DNA of 54,339 nucleotides from Thermoflexus hugenholtzii JAD2 (GCA_945907765.1 CAMDTO010000005.1:1-54339); one strand, 5' to 3'. Numbered from the stretch's first letter, positions 1 through 9,849 are shown. The notes: generated by a model not told the origin, from the letters alone. Made by a program: numbers and translations.

Positions 1-65
1 AGGGTCTTGCATAGCGCCATCTGCGTTTGGTCGCCAGACAGACGAAACTCGACACGGTGACACGA

Positions 66-860
66 CTACGAGGCAGCGTTTCGTTCCAGGATCAGCCAGG
101 CGGGCCACACCGAAATGCGGATGTCTGGAAGTTTCGCGCGCGCTGCCAACCATGCAAGTTCCTGGGCGGTGTAGGACGAACGGATACTGCTCGAGGGCTC
201 ATCGAGCGTCGCGAGGGCTTGGGGTGCCATCGCAACCTGCCACGCACGGACAAGCATCCAGAAGGCAACCGGAAGGTCGCGGCGCACGTCAGCGATCACG
301 AACCTGCCAGACGAGGTGAGGACGCGCCTGATTTCCGCCAAGGTCCATTCCGGTTCTGGCCAGTTGTGAAGTCCGCCGGAACTGATCACCAGGTCGACCG
401 ACCCGGGCATGACGGGAAACGCGTGATTTGACTGTTCGACGAAGGTGACGCGCGCGTCGAGACCAAATCTCCCGGCAGTTTCCTTGACGCGAGCACGTGC
501 CAATGCACCCATGCCTGAGGTGCCGTCGCTCGCAATGATCGTGGTGTCGCGGGCGGTCGCGTTGGCAATCGCCCCGACGAGGCCTCCCGGGCCGTGGTCA
601 AGCACCAGGATGATCGGAGGCCGGAGACGTGGACGCCGTCGCAATGGCGCGACCGCATGTCGGGCAAGCCACCAATGGGCCATGCCCCACGACATGGTGC
701 GATCCATCCGTGACTGCGCATGGACCGCGGGTGGTTCGCAGGATGCGGCAGCGCCTGGGATCCTGCCTCGAGGGTAGGTGTCAACCGCGGAACGCATGAA
801 CCGCGCGACCACTGCCGTGCAAACCGACGCCCCGACCGCAAGCATCGCCCTCATGAGCAT
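66..860 (-). CDS. Class I SAM-dependent methyltransferase (Methyltransf_11/UbiE-like) with hydrophobic N-terminus
   Basis: Motif I-like VLDHGPGG, later SVDLVISSGGLHNWPEP and LAEIRRVLTSSGRFVIAD, typical of class I MTases; exact start uncertain. Confidence 0.8.
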   Translation of the reverse strand: MLMRAMLAVGASVCTAVVARFMRSAVDTYPRGRIPGAAASCEPPAVHAQSRMDRTMSWGMAHWWLARHAVAPLRRRPRLRPPIILVLDHGPGGLVGAIANATARDTTIIASDGTSGMGALARARVKETAGRFGLDARVTFVEQSNHAFPVMPGSVDLVISSGGLHNWPEPEWTLAEIRRVLTSSGRFVIADVRRDLPVAFWMLVRAWQVAMAPQALATLDEPSSSIRSSYTAQELAWLAARAKLPDIRISVWPAWLILERNAAS

Positions 861-897
861 TGCGACAGCCTCGGTGACTTGAGGGCGATGCCAAGCG

Positions 898-3102
898 TCA
901 TTCGGCGGATTCTACGTCCGTGAGCGTCCGGGTCCGGGTGGCCGGGTGGCTTTCGCTGTTCCGTCGAACCGTCGCCGACGGGATGGTCACTGGAATGGAC
1001 GTGCCGGGATCGCACCGGACCAGCAGGTCGGACCCGATTTCCGTCAGGAAACGCGACGGCGAGGCGCGACGGTTTTGCCTGAATGTGCACGCTGAGAGAG
1101 TCAATGAGGCGCGTGCCCGTGTGGCGCCCACGTAGAAGACCCGGCGCTCCTCGGCCAAGTGTGCCGACCCCGGGTTTTCCGAGGTCACCTCCGCTGACCC
1201 CAATTCGTCGCAATCCGCTTGCGCTGCCTGGTACCGCAAGGGAAAGACGCCGTGTTCACAACCTGGCAGATAGACATGATCGAACTCCGCACCTTTCGCC
1301 GCGTGGACGGTCGAGAGGCGGACGGACCCCATGTCTTCGCGCGGACCGTCGACCTGGGTGGACAGGACCACTTCGTCGAGAAACAGGCGAAGGTCGGAAT
1401 GGCGCGACGCAACCTCGGCAAGGGTGTCGAGCCGACGCTCGCGCTCGCGTGCGTCGTCGGGATGGGTGAGTGTGAGGTGAGCCCGGTACTTTGCAAGGTC
1501 GATCGCTGACCGGACGAGATCGGGGAGGCGGGAACCGGAGACGAGTTGTGCTCGAAGCTCATCAATGATCGCGAGAAGGTCATACGCACCCTCGGGTGCG
1601 CGCCCATCGGCGGTCAGGCGACGCAAGGCCCCAACGGGGTTGCGCGTTGGGGCGTCGACCGTCAGCATCTCGCGGCCGATCGCAATGACCATTGCAGGAC
1701 CCAAACCCCGGCGCGGGGCATTCACGATCCGCCAGAACGCTGCCGCGTCGTCATCCGTGCGAGCAACCCGCAGGTATGCCAGGACGTCACGGACTTCCTT
1801 GCGGCCGAAGAACGCCACACCACCGATGACAACGAACGGCAAGTCGGTGACTTTGAGCAAGGCGGCTTCAATGGGGCGCATCTGTGCATGCGTGCGGGTC
1901 AGGACGGCGATTTCCGAGGGAGGGCACCCTTCCCGAAGACGTTTCTCGATATCCGCGACAATCAATGCGGCTTCCCGGTCCGGCTGGTTCGTGGTCCAGA
2001 ACCGGATCTGATCCCCAACGTCGTTTTCGGTCCAGAGACGCAGTCGCGGCGGGTGGTTTCGGGTCGCCGTTCCCCTCGCCATGGATTGCGTGTCCGTTCT
2101 CGCTGCAGCGGGTGATGCGTCGCGCAGGCGCTGGGCGACCGCGACGATGCGTCGCGTGGACCGGTAGTTCTGTTCAAGGCGGATGATCGTTGCCGGGTGC
2201 CACGTGTCAAGGAAGCGATCCACAACCAGCGGGCTCGTGCCGCGGAATGCATAGATGCTTTGCTCGGGGTCGGCAACCACGCACAGGTCTGGTGGATTGA
2301 GGTGGGCGATGAGGCGTTCCTGCGCAGGATCCGTGTCCTGGAACTCGTCAACCAAGAGGTGCCGCGTGCGGGCACGGACACGTGCCCGCAGATCGTCATC
2401 GGCACCGAGTGCGAGGGCAGACAGGGCGACCAGGTCGTCAAAGTCAAACGCGTTCGCCTGGGCCAGTTCCTGTTCGTACGCAGCGAAAAGCGCGTCGATG
2501 TCGCGGGCGGCCGAGGTTTCGTCGGGATGCGGACGCGCCGTCCGCTTGAGAAGCGAAATGGCGCGCATGGTCGCCGCAACGACATCGGACCGGGTTCGCG
2601 ATGGTTCCGCTGGTTCGTGTGCGGTCTCCCTCGTCTTTGTGCTGCCACCTCGCATGCCAAGCGCAGTCAGCACCCGGCGCACGGTCCGCTCGGTGTCGTC
2701 ATCGTCGTAGATGGAGAAGTCACGTGTGCGCCCGAAGGTGCGCGCCCCACCCGCGCGCAGGATCCGTGCACCAAACGCATGGAACGTTCCGGCCCAGACG
2801 GCAGGCCGAGGAAACATGTCCGCAGTCGCATCTCCAGAATGGATCGCTCCGACTGCCCCGGGTGCGAGCATCGTGGCCACGCGCTCCCGCAATTCCCCAC
2901 CGGCGCGACGCGAAAACGTGATTGCCGCGATTTCGCGGGCCGGGATCTGCCGTGCGACCAGAAGATGCCCGATCCTGGCGGTGAGGGCGCGTGTCTTCCC
3001 AGCACCCGGACCCGCGAGGACAAGCAGGTGTCCGTCCGGACGGGTCGCGACCTGACGCTGCGAGGCACTCAGATTCTGGAGGTATCGCGGCGGTTCAGGC
3101 AT
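898..3102 (-). CDS. ATP-dependent SF1A DNA helicase, PcrA/UvrD/Rep family
   Basis: Motifs I AGPGAGKT, II VDEFQD, III ADPEQSIYAFRG, IV LEQNYRST, V STVHAAKGAEF, VI EERRVFYVGATRA; also GGVAFFGRKEVRDVLAYLR. Confidence 0.95.
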   Translation of the reverse strand: MPEPPRYLQNLSASQRQVATRPDGHLLVLAGPGAGKTRALTARIGHLLVARQIPAREIAAITFSRRAGGELRERVATMLAPGAVGAIHSGDATADMFPRPAVWAGTFHAFGARILRAGGARTFGRTRDFSIYDDDDTERTVRRVLTALGMRGGSTKTRETAHEPAEPSRTRSDVVAATMRAISLLKRTARPHPDETSAARDIDALFAAYEQELAQANAFDFDDLVALSALALGADDDLRARVRARTRHLLVDEFQDTDPAQERLIAHLNPPDLCVVADPEQSIYAFRGTSPLVVDRFLDTWHPATIIRLEQNYRSTRRIVAVAQRLRDASPAAARTDTQSMARGTATRNHPPRLRLWTENDVGDQIRFWTTNQPDREAALIVADIEKRLREGCPPSEIAVLTRTHAQMRPIEAALLKVTDLPFVVIGGVAFFGRKEVRDVLAYLRVARTDDDAAAFWRIVNAPRRGLGPAMVIAIGREMLTVDAPTRNPVGALRRLTADGRAPEGAYDLLAIIDELRAQLVSGSRLPDLVRSAIDLAKYRAHLTLTHPDDARERERRLDTLAEVASRHSDLRLFLDEVVLSTQVDGPREDMGSVRLSTVHAAKGAEFDHVYLPGCEHGVFPLRYQAAQADCDELGSAEVTSENPGSAHLAEERRVFYVGATRARASLTLSACTFRQNRRASPSRFLTEIGSDLLVRCDPGTSIPVTIPSATVRRNSESHPATRTRTLTDVESAE

Positions 3103-3108
3103 CGTGGG

Positions 3109-3954
3109 TCAGTGCGGGCCACCGACCACGACGTCGCCGCAGGGTCCACCGCCGGTCGCATCATCGACGGTCACCTCGGATCCGTCGAACCTGTAGATCG
3201 GCCGGTACCAACGGCTGTGTTCCCGCGCAGACTCGCCGATGTAGTGACAGATGAAACTGCGCCGGAACCGGTCGGTGGTTCGGTTTGGTTCGGACCCGTG
3301 GATGAGGTTGCCTCCAAAGAACAGGACATCACCCGCCGCCAGGTTGGGTGCGACTGGCACCAGGCCTGGCGGGACAGGCACGAACTCCCGCGTGAAACTC
3401 ACTTCGGGGTCCGCTTCCTCGGGGCAAAAGAGGTCCATGTCGTGGCTCCCTGGAACGACGTTCAGGCCGCCGTTTTCCCGATCGGCAGGGTCGATGGCAA
3501 CCCACGCCGCCAAGCACGTTCCCGGGTGGACCTTGAGGTAGAAATTGTCCTGGTGAAGGGCTTGGCCGCGTGCTCCGGCAGGTTTCCAATAGAACATTGA
3601 CTGGGTGGCGATGGCCGGTTCGCCGAGGAGTTGTCCGAGGGCAACCCCAAGCCTGGGATGGAGCAGAAAGGATTGGAGAACGTCACTTTGCCGATGCGGG
3701 TGCATCATGCGTGGGTAGGCCTGCAACGGATCAGATGCGTCTCCGATCGCTACCCGCTTGAAGCAACCGGGCAAATCGAGATTGTCGCGGTGCAAGCGTG
3801 TGACCTCGGAAGTGATCGACGCGACTTCCTGGGGTGAAAAGAATTGACGGGCGATGACATAGCCGTCGCGGGTAAATGACCGCAGGTCATCAGCACCAAA
3901 GGTCGCCTGCTCACCGCTTCCAGACGTGGTGGGTGTCATCTCACTGATGGCCAT
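3109..3954 (-). CDS. Phytanoyl-CoA dioxygenase (PhyH) family Fe(II)/2-oxoglutarate dioxygenase
   Basis: QSMFYWKP, ALHQDNFY (HxD), AAWVAIDPADRENGGLNVVPGSH, LIHGSEPN, RRSFICHY; start trimmed to ATG at 3954 (MAISEM). Confidence 0.9.
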   Translation of the reverse strand: MAISEMTPTTSGSGEQATFGADDLRSFTRDGYVIARQFFSPQEVASITSEVTRLHRDNLDLPGCFKRVAIGDASDPLQAYPRMMHPHRQSDVLQSFLLHPRLGVALGQLLGEPAIATQSMFYWKPAGARGQALHQDNFYLKVHPGTCLAAWVAIDPADRENGGLNVVPGSHDMDLFCPEEADPEVSFTREFVPVPPGLVPVAPNLAAGDVLFFGGNLIHGSEPNRTTDRFRRSFICHYIGESAREHSRWYRPIYRFDGSEVTVDDATGGGPCGDVVVGGPH

Positions 3955-4167
3955 GACCGCTCTCCCCGAACGCTCGACCTGCTTGAAGTACCGCCCAGGC
4001 AAGCAATGGTGATGCTCGCCGCGGGCACGCCTCGGGGCATTGTGGCACACCCGTGCGTACACTGACCGGGCGCACTTCTGACCGCCTTGCGGGACACGGA
4101 GTGTGCACGATTGACCCGTTGTCGACGCGTCGCCGTGATGGCGTGCGAACCTGGAGGGCACTTTGCG

Positions 4168-5166
4168 ATGGCTGTAGCGGTGGAGAAGCACTCGGCGGGG
4201 GGATCGGGACCATGGTTGCACGTGTCTGCGCTCGGGCGGACCTCCCTGCGCGTCACGAACCTCTGCGTGGGTTGTGCACCCCTTGGTGACATGCCTGATA
4301 CATTCGCGTACTCGGTTCCCGAGGATCGTGCCCTTGAAACGGTCCGCGCGATCTTCAAGGGCCCCATCAACTTCATTGATACGGCGGCGTCCTACGGCGA
4401 TGGCGAAAGTGAACGTCGGATCGGCTTGGTGATCCGGGAGAGCGGTGGGATCCCGGATGGGGTCGTGGTCGCCACGAAGGCGGACCGGGATCTCAAGACG
4501 GGTGATTTCAGCGGTGACCAGATGCGACGCTCCGTCGAGAGGAGTCTCCGTCTGCTTGGGGTGGACCGGTTGCAACTCGTGCACCTTCACGACGCCGAGC
4601 ACACGACCTTCGAGCACATCATGTCGAAGGGTGGCCCGCTTGAGGTCTTGCAGGAACTGAAAGCTGAAGGGGTCATTGAGGTCCTTGGGGTGGCGGGTGG
4701 GCCGATTGACCAGGAGATCCGGTATGTGGAGACCGGTGCGTTTGATGCAGTCATTACCCACAACCGGTACACGCTGCTCAACCGGAGTGCCGACGCGTTG
4801 CTCGAAGTTGCCAGTGCGCACGGTGTCGCCGTGCTGAACGCTGCACCCTACGGCAGCGGGATGCTGGCGAAGGGCCCGGATGCCTATGCGCGGTATGCGT
4901 ACCAGGCGGCGTCGGACGTGATGGTTGCGCGAACCCGGGAGTACGCGGCAATCGCCGAATCCCACGGGGTCCCGTTGGCGGCGGTTGCCCTGCAATTCAG
5001 CGTGCGTGACCCGCGCGTCACGTCGACCATCATCGGCATGACCCGGCCGGAACGCATTGGCCAGACGGTGGAACTCGCAAGCGTGGCGATTCCTGACCAA
5101 CTTTGGCGGGATATCGCGTCGGTGGCGTTTGACGCGAGTGATCCCGAGGCGTCGCGCTTCAAGTGA
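4168..5166 (+). CDS. Aldo/keto reductase (D-threo-aldose dehydrogenase-like subgroup)
   Basis: LGRTSLRVTNLCVG, FIDTAASYGDGESERRIG (catalytic D/Y), VATKAD, SLRLLGVDRLQLVHLHD; GGAGG about 9 nt upstream of ATG 4168. Confidence 0.9.
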   Translation: MAVAVEKHSAGGSGPWLHVSALGRTSLRVTNLCVGCAPLGDMPDTFAYSVPEDRALETVRAIFKGPINFIDTAASYGDGESERRIGLVIRESGGIPDGVVVATKADRDLKTGDFSGDQMRRSVERSLRLLGVDRLQLVHLHDAEHTTFEHIMSKGGPLEVLQELKAEGVIEVLGVAGGPIDQEIRYVETGAFDAVITHNRYTLLNRSADALLEVASAHGVAVLNAAPYGSGMLAKGPDAYARYAYQAASDVMVARTREYAAIAESHGVPLAAVALQFSVRDPRVTSTIIGMTRPERIGQTVELASVAIPDQLWRDIASVAFDASDPEASRFK

Positions 5167-5207
5167 TCGGCCCGGATACCGGAGCCCATCTTGGGGAACC
5201 GGCCAAC

Positions 5208-6743
5208 CTACTTGGGTAAGGTCGAGAGGTAGTGGTAGGCGGGGATGTACCGGCTGTTTGCTGCGAGCGCGCGCTGATACGACGCGCGGGCTTCGGCAAA
5301 CCGGCCGGCCTCCTGTAACGCCCGTCCCTTGAAGAAGTGACTTTCCTCGAGGTCGGGGGTCTGGGCGAGGTTGGCGTTCGCAAGCGTGAGCACGTCATCC
5401 AACCGACCTTCGGCGAGGTAGGCGTCAAACGGACCGAACTGGTACCACAGCATCCGCCAAGGCAGTTTCAGCAGCCTCGCTTGGTCAAAGGACGCAGCAG
5501 CGTCAGCCGTGCGACCGAGCGCGGTCAAACTCATGCCCTGGTTGAACCAGACGAACGCGTCCTTGGGGCGTTCAGTGAGTTCACTGGTCGCGGTCGCCAG
5601 AGCCCGCAGGTTCTGCGGTTCCGTGTCTGCGGAACCGGCGATTGCGATCACGGTCTCAGCTTGCGCGGGGCGGTAGATCGGAATGAAGGTGCGATTAAAC
5701 GCGCGCCAGTCGTTATCGAACGTGTCGTACGGTTGCGGCACATTGACGCCAGGGGCGAGATAACTGTCATACGTCGTAAACCGGGCGGTGGCGTCGTCGT
5801 ACCCGACAAGAAGGCGATAGTGGCCCATCCAGTCCTTGCCATCGGGGTTGAAGCCGACTTCGACAATCACCGGAATGCGCTCGGCGAGCAGGCGTTTCAG
5901 GATGGTGAAGTCGCCGCCGACCCGCCACTCCGCATTGAGACCGCGAGAACGGGCATACGCGACCAACTCGGATGGGTCGACATTCTTGTCATCCTTGCTT
6001 GTCTTGAGGAAGTTCACGGCGGCGATCTGGGTCTCAGCGCGCCCGAGGGCCGAGAGCGCCATGGTGATGGTGGCCGGCCCGCAGTTGTTCCACGTCTGCC
6101 AGACGTGTGTTACCGCCGCGATGCGTGCTGATGCGGGAGGCGGAGGCAGCGTCGCCCCGGGCACCGCTGGTTCCGCCGTGTCGCGGGCTGATTGGGAAGG
6201 CGGGACCGTTTCACTGCTGACCGTTCGCAATGGCGTCCGTCCTGATGGAGGAGGCACATAGGACGCTTCCGCGCTCCTGAAACTGAGCCTGATGCGGGAG
6301 GTGATCGCCTCTAAGGTCCGTGTGCCGGGAACATGCATCGCGTCCGAGGTCGGCGCCAGTACTCCGGCGAAACCGACAACGAAGCACGTCCCGACGATCC
6401 CGGCCATTCGAGCAATGCCGTTTCGCGAACCTACCATTGGGAGACTTTGCACGGGCGCGGTGCGCGGATAGCCATGACGATCAAGTTCAATTCGAGCAGG
6501 CCGCTGGCCGCTCACCGAACGTTCACGTTCCTGGCGCGCGGTGCTGCCTGATCCGGAGTCCCGGTGGAGGGTGGATGCGCCGAGTCGTTGACCGAGGTGC
6601 CGGCACCCGAGGGCGAAGAGTCCGGCCCAGGTGGCAATCCTTGTCAAGACCGGTTCACTTGGTCTCGATGACCCGTTCTCCCACGCGGACCGCACGGTCA
6701 CCCCGATGGGCGGATGAATGGTGTGCGGGTCCATCCGTGTCAT
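5208..6743 (-). CDS. C39-like cysteine peptidase with C-terminal TPR repeats, probably membrane-anchored or secreted
   Basis: QTWNNCGPATITMAL (Q/C), GHYRLLVGYDD (H/D), TPR-like AFVWFNQGMSLTALG and ESHFFKGRALQEAG; hydrophobic segment IVGTCFVVGFAGVLA; start could be 6743 or 6437. Confidence 0.8.
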   Translation of the reverse strand: MTRMDPHTIHPPIGVTVRSAWENGSSRPSEPVLTRIATWAGLFALGCRHLGQRLGASTLHRDSGSGSTARQERERSVSGQRPARIELDRHGYPRTAPVQSLPMVGSRNGIARMAGIVGTCFVVGFAGVLAPTSDAMHVPGTRTLEAITSRIRLSFRSAEASYVPPPSGRTPLRTVSSETVPPSQSARDTAEPAVPGATLPPPPASARIAAVTHVWQTWNNCGPATITMALSALGRAETQIAAVNFLKTSKDDKNVDPSELVAYARSRGLNAEWRVGGDFTILKRLLAERIPVIVEVGFNPDGKDWMGHYRLLVGYDDATARFTTYDSYLAPGVNVPQPYDTFDNDWRAFNRTFIPIYRPAQAETVIAIAGSADTEPQNLRALATATSELTERPKDAFVWFNQGMSLTALGRTADAAASFDQARLLKLPWRMLWYQFGPFDAYLAEGRLDDVLTLANANLAQTPDLEESHFFKGRALQEAGRFAEARASYQRALAANSRYIPAYHYLSTLPK

Positions 6744-6798
6744 CGATCACCACGTTCTGGTGGGCGCGTCTTGGGCGGGTTTCAACAGTGACTGATCT

Positions 6799-6807
6799 AC
6801 TCTATCA
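6799..6807 (-). promoter_or_regulatory. Candidate extended -10 promoter element (TGATAGAGT) upstream of the C39-like gene
   Basis: TGn-TAnnnT match in an AT-richer intergenic stretch about 55 nt upstream of ATG 6743. Confidence 0.3.
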
Positions 6808-6962
6808 CCAACGAAAAGTGAACGGTCAGCTGGAGCCCCGCAGGTCACTAGTATCGTATCCCATCCGGCCGACAGTGACTGCGACGCACACCCGGATGCC
6901 TGCGTCGGCTCGGTTCATTGTGTTGCCTCATGCCAATGCGCCACGTGGTGAGACGTTGAAGG

Positions 6963-7772
6963 CTACTCGTTCGCCTCGCTGCGCCACGGGATTGCCAGGC
7001 GTTCGACCGCAACGACCATCAGGAACGCCGCGAGTGCCAAGGCAGTGGAAACAGCGATTGTTGCCCACAGGCGAGCGACCCGGTATTCGAACGTCGCTGC
7101 GACGATGAGATAGCCCAGCCCCCGGTCCGCGCCAATCCATTCGGCGACAATCGCTCCGAGGACGGAACTGGTTGCAGCAATCTTGAGCGAAGCGAACAAG
7201 TAGGGAAGGCTTGCCGGCCACCGGACCAGTCGGAAGACCTGCCACTGGGAGGCTGCCAGCGAATGCATGAGTTCAAGTTGGTCTGCGGAAGGTGCGGCGA
7301 ATCCCCGGGACATGTTCACCAAGGTCGGAAAGAACGAAATGAGGGCGGCGATCGCGATTTTTGGTGCGTAGCCGTTGCCGAGCCAGACCACAAGCAGTGG
7401 AGTGATCGCGACCAGCGGAATGGTGCGAAGTCCGATTGCCACCGGATAGAGCACGCGTGAGAGGGGCGGCGCGTAGACGAACGCGGCGGCGAGACCGGTT
7501 GCGATCAGATTGCCAATCACGAAGCCCCCGACCGCCTCGAGCAAAGTCGGTTCCAGATGGCGAACCAAGAGTGCCCAATCCCGCTCGATTTGCACGGCGA
7601 TTACGGTCGGTGCCGGAAGCACGTAGAGTGGGATGTTCCAGAGTGCAACCGACGCTTCCCACGCCAGCAGAATCGCCGCAAGGCCACCGACACTGAGAAC
7701 GGCCCGCCCGAACGCCCTGCGCATGGCCAATCTGGAGGTTGGCCTTTCGGTTGGATGCCCTGCCCCCATCAT
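6963..7772 (-). CDS. ABC transporter permease, NitT/TauT/SsuC family
   Basis: Multiple TM helices, PLVAITPLLVVWLG, EAA-loop-like ELMHSLAAS...LPYLFASLK, GAIVAEWIGADRGLG; ATGA overlap with the ATPase gene. Confidence 0.92.
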   Translation of the reverse strand: MMGAGHPTERPTSRLAMRRAFGRAVLSVGGLAAILLAWEASVALWNIPLYVLPAPTVIAVQIERDWALLVRHLEPTLLEAVGGFVIGNLIATGLAAAFVYAPPLSRVLYPVAIGLRTIPLVAITPLLVVWLGNGYAPKIAIAALISFFPTLVNMSRGFAAPSADQLELMHSLAASQWQVFRLVRWPASLPYLFASLKIAATSSVLGAIVAEWIGADRGLGYLIVAATFEYRVARLWATIAVSTALALAAFLMVVAVERLAIPWRSEANE

Positions 7773-8611
7773 CGACTGGCTTCCTCAAGCGCCAGACGGA
7801 TGCGAGACACCATGACGAAGGTATCGGGGTCGCGCTTCAGCGAGAGTGGCCTCGGGCGGTTGAGCGGGATGGAGAACTCAGACACCACACGTGCCGGGCG
7901 ACGGCTCACTACCACAACCCGGTCGGCGAGGAAGACGGCTTCTTCGATGCTATGCGTCACGAACAGGATTGCCGCCTTGGTCCGTGCCCATACCTTGAGC
8001 AGTTCGAGGTTCAGCCTGTCCCTGGTGAGTTCGTCGACGGCGCTGAATGGCTCGTCCATGAGGATGAACCGCGGTTCGCTCGTCAAGCAGCGGGCCAGTG
8101 CGCACCGCTGCCGCATTCCGCCAGACAATTGATCAGGCCGCGCATCCTCAAACCCGCGCAGGCCAACTTGAGCGATGGCCCGGTCAACGGCGTCCGCGCG
8201 GTTGGCGCGTGAGACCCCGGCGACTTCGAGAGGCAATCCCACGTTCTCGCGGACGGTCCGCCACGGCAGCAGGGCCGGGTCCTGAAACACGACCCCACCA
8301 AGACGCTTGCGCCGTGCCTGATCGGGTGACGTGCCGAGAACCGTGACCACACCACGATCAGGTACGAGCAGGCCAGTGGCAAGTCGCAGGGCAGTCGACT
8401 TGCCGCATCCTGAGGGACCGACCATTGCGACGAATTCGCCATCACCGACGGACAGGGTCAGTCCCGCGACCGCAGGCACCGCACGTCCACCTTTCGGGGT
8501 GAACGTGAGGTGGCAGTCACGGAATTGCAGCGTATCTCGCGGTGGCGTGGCATGCAAGCCAGACCGGTCGTCGCCAGGCAATTGCGGTTGGTCCCCGGCG
8601 ATCGGGTTCAC
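7769..8611 (-). CDS. ABC transporter ATP-binding protein, NitT/TauT/SsuB family
   Basis: Walker A GPSGCGKS, FQDPALLPW, signature LSGGMRQR, Walker B ILMDEPF, VTHSIEEAVFLADR; GTGA overlap with the binding-protein stop. Confidence 0.95.
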   Translation of the reverse strand: MNPIAGDQPQLPGDDRSGLHATPPRDTLQFRDCHLTFTPKGGRAVPAVAGLTLSVGDGEFVAMVGPSGCGKSTALRLATGLLVPDRGVVTVLGTSPDQARRKRLGGVVFQDPALLPWRTVRENVGLPLEVAGVSRANRADAVDRAIAQVGLRGFEDARPDQLSGGMRQRCALARCLTSEPRFILMDEPFSAVDELTRDRLNLELLKVWARTKAAILFVTHSIEEAVFLADRVVVVSRRPARVVSEFSIPLNRPRPLSLKRDPDTFVMVSRIRLALEEASR

Positions 8612-9738
8612 GCCCCGATTTTGCCGACTTTGTCGAGGATGTCGAGCGTCATCACGTCGTCGATGATGAGCGCCTTCTCCAGTTGCTTGGTGCGATTGAG
8701 AAGGAGGTCATGGCCGGATTGCCAGACCGCGCGATCCATCCAGAGGAGCCCCTTCTGTTTCGTGAAATCAGTCTGGATGAGTGGGGTCTCGCGCTTGAGT
8801 TGCAGGAGTTGGTTGTCGAGTTTCAGGCCGTCACCGTACTTTTCAACGACAAGCTTGGCCGTCTCGTCCGGGTTCCGGATGGCGTACTCCCACCCCCGGG
8901 CGGTCGCCCTGGTCCAGGCGATCAGAAGGTCCTTCTTTTGGCTGATCGTCTCGTCAAGCGCAAACGGAGTGTTCCAGTAGAAGCCGAACCCAAGATCCGC
9001 GTACGGAACGTATCCGATCGATTCCCCCGCACCCTCGAGGCTGATGACCTGGTTGGTGACAAGTCCCGTGAGGATGTCGACCTGTCCGGTCAATAGTGGC
9101 TGCACATCAAATCCCACCGGCATCAGCGTGACATCCTCAACCTTGAGGTTGTTTATCGTCAACATGGCTTCTGTGCTGGCACGTGCGGTCTGTTGGTGGC
9201 CGATCTTCTTGCCCTTGAAGTCGGCGATGCCGTTGAGCCCCGACTTCTTCTGCCAGAGAAAGCATCCCGGACCCTTCTGAAAGACCGCACCGAACGCCTT
9301 GACCGGCACGCCCTGGGCACGGGCGAGCATCAGGGACGCGCCTCCGGAAAGGCCGATGGTGTCCGTCTTGCCGGCGACAGCCTGGATCTCCGGAAGATTC
9401 TGGGCCGAGGGATTGACCGTGAGGTCAATGCCTTCGTCCTTGTAGAACCCCTTCTCCATGGCGGCGAACACTCCGGCGAACTCGGTGTTCTTGATCCACG
9501 ACAGGCGCAGGCTGAGCGGGAGCACTGGCTTGGCCGTGGGTGCCACCGTCGGGGCGGAGGTGGTCGGCGCCGACCCTGGAGCCGAGGCTGGAGCCTTTGT
9601 TGCCTGTCCTGGTGCGGGTGCCTCTGAGCCGCACGATGCAAGGCTGAGGGCAGCCAGGCTTCCAAGACCAGCGCCGAGAAGGGACCGTCGACCCGATGCA
9701 CCGAGAACAACCGTGAGCTTGCTGGCGTCGCCAAACAT
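8608..9738 (-). CDS. ABC substrate-binding lipoprotein, NMT1/THI5 (SsuA-like) family, with Tat-like signal
   Basis: GRRSLLGAGLG...LASC (RR plus lipobox), Pro/Ala/Thr linker, LRLSWIKNTEFAGVFAAMEKGFYKDEGIDL, GFDVQPLLTGQVD; AAGGAG upstream of ATG 9738. Confidence 0.9.
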   Translation of the reverse strand: MFGDASKLTVVLGASGRRSLLGAGLGSLAALSLASCGSEAPAPGQATKAPASAPGSAPTTSAPTVAPTAKPVLPLSLRLSWIKNTEFAGVFAAMEKGFYKDEGIDLTVNPSAQNLPEIQAVAGKTDTIGLSGGASLMLARAQGVPVKAFGAVFQKGPGCFLWQKKSGLNGIADFKGKKIGHQQTARASTEAMLTINNLKVEDVTLMPVGFDVQPLLTGQVDILTGLVTNQVISLEGAGESIGYVPYADLGFGFYWNTPFALDETISQKKDLLIAWTRATARGWEYAIRNPDETAKLVVEKYGDGLKLDNQLLQLKRETPLIQTDFTKQKGLLWMDRAVWQSGHDLLLNRTKQLEKALIIDDVMTLDILDKVGKIGA

Positions 9739-9849
9739 GATGCCTGTCTCCTTGAGATCGGTGACCGCGAAGCTGACGAGCGGTCTCCCGTGCCAATAAT
9801 AGACTGGCGGTCGGCAATTCCACGTTGCAGTGCCAGACGTCGTCGGCAC

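Noticed and set aside
2197-3600. 467-aa plus-strand ORF
   Set aside because: Antisense shadow of the helicase and PhyH genes, Arg/Gly-rich, with no motifs
3955-5100. Long N-terminal extension making a 663-aa PhyH ORF
   Set aside because: It lies antisense to the AKR gene and has no recognisable domain; this is a typical high-GC shadow frame, so the real start is 3954
6799-6815. ACTCTATCA resembling a tetO half-site
   Set aside because: No matching second half-site; better explained as an extended -10 element on the minus strand
9739-9849. TPP riboswitch expected upstream of the NMT1/THI5-like gene
   Set aside because: Core TPP motifs are not visible
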